Positions 60,504 through 64,000 of a stretch of DNA of 64,000 nucleotides are shown in pieces (the stretch's first letter is position 1; every line of letters starts with the position of its first letter). The position numbers and the translations under genes are program-made. The stretch is taken from contig JBOGVZ010000066.1 in the NCBI GenBank assembly GCA_050692985.1, positions 9,885 through 73,884 on the forward strand, written 5' to 3'. The DNA is from Actinomycetota bacterium (GTDB lineage Bacteria; Actinomycetota; UBA4738; CALAEC01). The notes beneath the pieces are model-generated. The model did no database searches. It saw only the letters and a program-made list of their open reading frames with translations, and was not told where the DNA came from.

Positions 60504-60527
60504 GAGCCCCCGCCGCGGCGGGGGCTC
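60504..60527. terminator. Perfect 10-bp GC hairpin between usp and the 3' end of tRNA-Leu
   Basis: gagcccccgc-cgcg-gcgggggctc. It lies 7 nt from the tRNA 3' end (minus strand) and 64 nt after the usp stop. Confidence 0.45.
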
Positions 60528-60534
60528 ATCCGTG

Positions 60535-60617
60535 TGCGAGAGGGGGGATTCGAACCCCCACGCCCTCTCGGGCACCGGCTCCTAAGGCCGGCGCGTCTGC
60601 CGTTCCGCCACTCTCGC
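60535..60617 (-). tRNA. tRNA-Leu (anticodon UAG), type II with a long variable arm; CCA not encoded
   Basis: Reverse complement folds as GCGAGAG-UG-GCG GAACGGCAGA CGC-G-CCGGC CUUAGGA GCCGG-U GCCC GAGA GGGC GU-GGGGG UUCGAAU CCCCC-CUCUCGC-A. Confidence 0.9.
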
Positions 60618-60628
60618 CGACGATCCGA

Positions 60629-62285
60629 CTATACCGACGGGAGGTCCGTCACCGGGACCGGGCCCCCCAGCTCTTCCGCGGTGATCTCCTCGAGCCGACG
60701 CTTGCGCGTCTCCAGTCCCCACAGGACGAGGGCCATCGCCGCCAACAGCATGGGGACGCCCCCGAGCAGCGCCGTCACGGAGATCGACGGAGGAGCGACC
60801 GCGGCCACGACCAGGGCGATGATGATGACCCCGCCGAACTTGCTGACCCCCGCGGCCAGGCCGGCGCCGCGTGAGCGTATCCGGGTCGGATAGATCTCTG
60901 AGCTGTACGAAGAGAGGACGGCCACGACGGAGCTGATCCCCCAGATCGGGACGATCAGGAGCACCTGCAGCAGCGGGCGGTTCGACACCACGTTGTCACC
61001 GGCGACCGCGAAGCCGAACATCGCCGCTGCGGTCAGGCTGGCCAGGGCGATGATCGTCTTCCTGCTGCTCCAGAACTCGTAGGCGCAAGCCACCACGAAG
61101 TTCCAGGGGGAAGCCGATGAGCGCGGAGTCGCGAAGGATGCGGTCCGCGGTGACCTGGGACAGCCCCATGGCCTGGAGGTTCGAGGGGATCCACCGCCGG
61201 AATCCGAGCGACACGAAACCGACGCCCAGGCCCAGGGGGACGACGACCGCGGTCGGACCGAGGAAGGGCTGCCGCAGGAGCTGCCCGAACCGGCTCCTGA
61301 CGGAGTCCTCCACGGCGAGCTCCGATTCCTCGACCTCCTCCACCGCGGCGCCGTATCGTTCCATCACCGCCCGAGCCTCCTGCCCACGCCCGCGGGTCAG
61401 GAGGAACCTGGGGGACTCCGGGATCCATCGGTTCAGCACGATGAGGATGATCCCGGTGGGGAACCCGATCAGCCACAGGAACCGCCACGTGAACGTGGGG
61501 ACGAACTCCGCCGCCAGCCAGCTGGTGATGATGTAGGCGCCCGCCACGTCCCCGCCGATCAGCACCATGATCCAGCCGCGGTGCCGGGCGGGGATCGTCT
61601 CGGCCATCAGGGTGAAGGTGATGGGAAGCATCCCTCCGGCCCCAAGACCCATGATGAAGCACATCACGAAGTTCCAGATGTAGCTGGGCATGGCCCCGCA
61701 GATGGCCGTGGCGATGAAGATCACCCCGGCCAGCAGGATCGACGAGCGCCGTCCGATCCGGTCCCCCAGGAACCCCCACAGGAACGAGCCGATCACGGTG
61801 CCGGTGATGCCCGACAGCGGGAGGAGGGCCACGGGGATCGACCCCCCGGGGTTGTTCGGGGACTTCAGGCCGTATTCCTCGGCCATCCCGGGGACGACGA
61901 ACGCCAGGGACGTGGGTTTCATGACGTCGATCGTCACCGCGGCGGCCATCACCAGCAGCAGAGCCACGTGGGTCCACCTGATGGGGGCGTCGTCCAGCGC
62001 CTTCACCCGGAACCTGGCGATGTGAGCCCGGCTCATGTCCGACAGGCGGGGGAACAGGCCGAACGCCGTGGCGGACAATCCCGCCAGGATGAGGACCATG
62101 CCGGCGAGCATCGGCCGGTCCATCGGCACGCCGGCGAGGCGGTAGCCCATGTCTCTGGCGCCCAGGTACATCGGCAGGTGGAGGCCCACGCCGACGGTCA
62201 CCGCGGCGATCCCGAACCAGAACGCCACCGGACGGGTGAACGTGATGCCTTCCCGTGCCCTGGTCACCGAAGCCCGTGGAGCCAT
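60629..62285 (-). pseudogene. MFS transporter, frame broken at a G5/C5 run (61106-61110)
   Basis: ATG 62285 (GGGAGGGG ribosome-binding site). The N-terminal frame carries the GDRIGRR motif and reads ...DSALIGFP. The other frame continues WNFVVACAYEFWSSRKTIIAL... to the stop at 60629. Removing one C from the mRNA-sense string TTCCCCCTGG restores FPWNF. Confidence 0.65.
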
Positions 62286-62374
62286 GTGCCCCTCCCGTAT
62301 CGACTCGGCGTGACTCCTGGGAGCCGGCCACGCGGGAGCGTACGGTATCCGGGCCCCGGTTGCTCGGCGGGGGT

Positions 62375-62403
62375 TTGACCCGGTCACGTCGAGAGACTAG
62401 GTT
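62375..62403 (+). promoter_or_regulatory. Putative promoter TTGACC-N17-TAGGTT for the 62470 gene
   Basis: Good -35 and -10 spacing in the divergent intergenic region, about 65 nt before the ATG with a GGGAAGGGGG ribosome-binding site. Confidence 0.3.
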
Positions 62404-62469
62404 TCCGTATGCACCAGCGGGCTCGGGGAGCGAGGTGCCCAGCGGCCCGCCGAACGGGAAGGGGGTTCC

Positions 62470-63717
62470 ATGACCCGACGAGCGAGCCTGCTCTGGGTCA
62501 TCGCTGTCAGCACCGTGCTCCTGTCGGTGCCGCCGGCCAGCGCGTCCACCACCTGGAACATCGGCGACGTGTTCGTGGGGGTGGCCAATGGGTCGTACAA
62601 CGTGTACACGAACGACGGGACGTTCAAGGAAACGATCAGCGACGGCTCGGAGGGGGGGTTCACCACGGGGTGCTCGTTCAACCCCGACCTGAGCCAGCTG
62701 TACACGACCAGCTTCTCGGCGGGCACGATGCCCGTCTACCAGAACGCCTCACCCCACCCCATCGTGGACACCATCACCCCACCGAGAGGCACCCCGGAGT
62801 CGGTGGTGTTCGCCGCGAACGGGCACTTCTTCGTCGGCGGGCCCTTCAACCCGCAGATCGACGAGTACGACGCGGCGCACACCCTCGTCGACTCCGACAC
62901 GGTGACCGTGGCCGACGGGACCGGAGGACCGGACTGGATCGACCTCTCCGCTGACCAGGCCACGATGTTCTACGCCACCGAGGGCCGGATCATCGGTCGC
63001 TTCAACGTGGCCACGGACACGGATCTCTCGGACTTCGCCACGCTCCCGGGGACCGGCCAAGCGTTCGCCCTCCGTCTCCTCCCGCCGGGCGACGGGAGCG
63101 GGGGCCTGCTGGTGGCCGACCGGGTCGAGATCAAGCGGCTGGATGGGTTCGGGACCGTCGTCCAGACCTACGACGTCGCCGGCGAAGACAACTGGTTCGC
63201 CCTGAATCTCGACCCCAACGGGACGTCCTTCTGGTCGGGGGACTTCGGCACCAACAACTTCTACCGGTTCAACATCGCCACCGGCGCCCTGGAGCTGGGC
63301 CCCGTCGCCAGCGGGGGAGCGTTGTTCGGGATCTGCGTCAAGGGGGAGCCCACCGGTGCCCTTCCGCCTCCAGGCGCGGACTGCCCCGGTCTGCAGACGA
63401 AGGGCAACCTGTTCATCGGCACCCCCGGGCCCGATGACATGAAGGGGACCCTCCAGGTCGACACCATGTGCGGGCTGGGCGGGAACGACTCAATCTTCGC
63501 CGGCCACGGCAACGACCAGCTTGCCGGCAACAAGGGCAATGACACCCTGCTCGGTAGCCGGGGTGGCGACCTCATCAAGGGCGGTCCGGGCAAGGACCTC
63601 CTGGTGGGGGGCCGGGGCAACGACACCCTCAACGGGGGGCCCGGCTTCGACGTCTGCAAGGGCGGACCCGGGAAGGACACGTTCAAGAACTGCGAGGTCA
63701 TCAAGGACAAGAAGTAG
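62470..63717 (+). CDS. Secreted protein: beta-rich N-terminal domain plus C-terminal RTX-type calcium-binding repeats
   Basis: Signal peptide (LLWVIAVSTVLLSVPPASA). The C-terminus reads ...GGNDSIFAGHGNDQLAGNKGNDTLLGSRGGDLIKGGPGKDLLVGGRGNDTLNGGPGFDVCKGGPGKDTFKNCEVI. Confidence 0.7.
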   Translation: MTRRASLLWVIAVSTVLLSVPPASASTTWNIGDVFVGVANGSYNVYTNDGTFKETISDGSEGGFTTGCSFNPDLSQLYTTSFSAGTMPVYQNASPHPIVDTITPPRGTPESVVFAANGHFFVGGPFNPQIDEYDAAHTLVDSDTVTVADGTGGPDWIDLSADQATMFYATEGRIIGRFNVATDTDLSDFATLPGTGQAFALRLLPPGDGSGGLLVADRVEIKRLDGFGTVVQTYDVAGEDNWFALNLDPNGTSFWSGDFGTNNFYRFNIATGALELGPVASGGALFGICVKGEPTGALPPPGADCPGLQTKGNLFIGTPGPDDMKGTLQVDTMCGLGGNDSIFAGHGNDQLAGNKGNDTLLGSRGGDLIKGGPGKDLLVGGRGNDTLNGGPGFDVCKGGPGKDTFKNCEVIKDKK

Positions 63718-63728
63718 CCCTCGCGGTC

Positions 63729-63772
63729 TCAGAGAGAGCCCTCGCCCCCCCGGGCGGGGGCTCTTCTCTCTG
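63729..63772. terminator. Imperfect GC-rich hairpin between convergent genes
   Basis: cagagagagccctcgccccc-ccg-ggcgggggctcttctctctg (stem with bulges), located between stops 63717 (+) and 63785 (-). Confidence 0.35.
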
Positions 63773-63784
63773 ATAGGGCCCGGC

Positions 63785-64000
63785 TCAGGGTTTCTCGCAG
63801 GATGCCTTCACGCCGGTGCCCGGTCCCTGGAAGCAGGTGTCGATGCCGGGCCCCCCGATCAGGTCGTCGTTCCCACCCTGGCCCTTGAGCACGTCCGCGC
63901 CGCTCCCTCCGGCCAGGTGGTCGTCTCCGGCGCCGCCCAGGAGCGTGTCCTTGCCCGGGCCCCCCCGGAGGCGGTCGTCTCCACCCAGCCCGTAGATGAT
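63785..64000 (-). CDS. C-terminal part of another RTX-type calcium-binding repeat protein (runs off the window)
   Basis: The reverse complement reads ...[66 protein letters not shown], then a stop. Confidence 0.6.
   Translation of the reverse strand: MIYGLGGDDRLRGGPGKDTLLGGAGDDHLAGGSGADVLKGQGGNDDLIGGPGIDTCFQGPGTGVKASCEKP

Overview
Very GC-rich chromosomal segment with the gene content and order of an Actinomycetota genome; I cannot place the class or genus by eye. Most of it is core housekeeping, tightly packed, with many GTGA/ATGA start-stop overlaps. It falls into blocks that match well-known Mycobacterium tuberculosis neighbourhoods. Block (i): GT2(WbbL-like)-manC ... fbiB-fbiA / fbiC - whiB - giant GT2 membrane protein - Ldt - DUF3499 - pmm - Trm112 - SIS isomerase - punA - ahcY. 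Block (ii): comF - structured RNA - hpf - response regulator - secA - prfB, and further on ftsE-ftsX - M23 - S41 - smpB - ssrA. Block (iii): selD - mec - moeB - cysO - cysM - murI - MBL - rph - rdgB. RNA genes: tmRNA (42217-42564), tRNA-Leu(UAG) (60535-60617, minus strand), and a candidate raiA-motif-like ncRNA between comF and hpf. Two recoding events: the classical +1 frameshift in prfB (CUU UGA C), and an in-frame UGA (selenocysteine) at the catalytic position of selD followed by a hairpin. Items worth a second look: a secreted 7-repeat protein in which each repeat ends in H-C-x-D-x-x-C; a 95-aa hyperbasic tandem-repeat protein beside whiB; a GT2+methyltransferase fusion translationally coupled to a YfhO-like GT-C protein; an operon of a 22-residue-repeat protein, a PAS protein and an MBL hydrolase; an unlisted 50-aa Cys-rich ORF behind an AT-rich palindrome; and leaderless promoter geometry (-10 hexamer, 6-7 nt, start codon) seen at several genes. 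Four other genes are broken by single-nucleotide frame changes, two of them in homopolymer runs. That pattern fits assembly indels better than true pseudogenes. No CRISPR array, rRNA, transposase or integrase was seen. All calls rest on reading the supplied translations and DNA; no database search was run.
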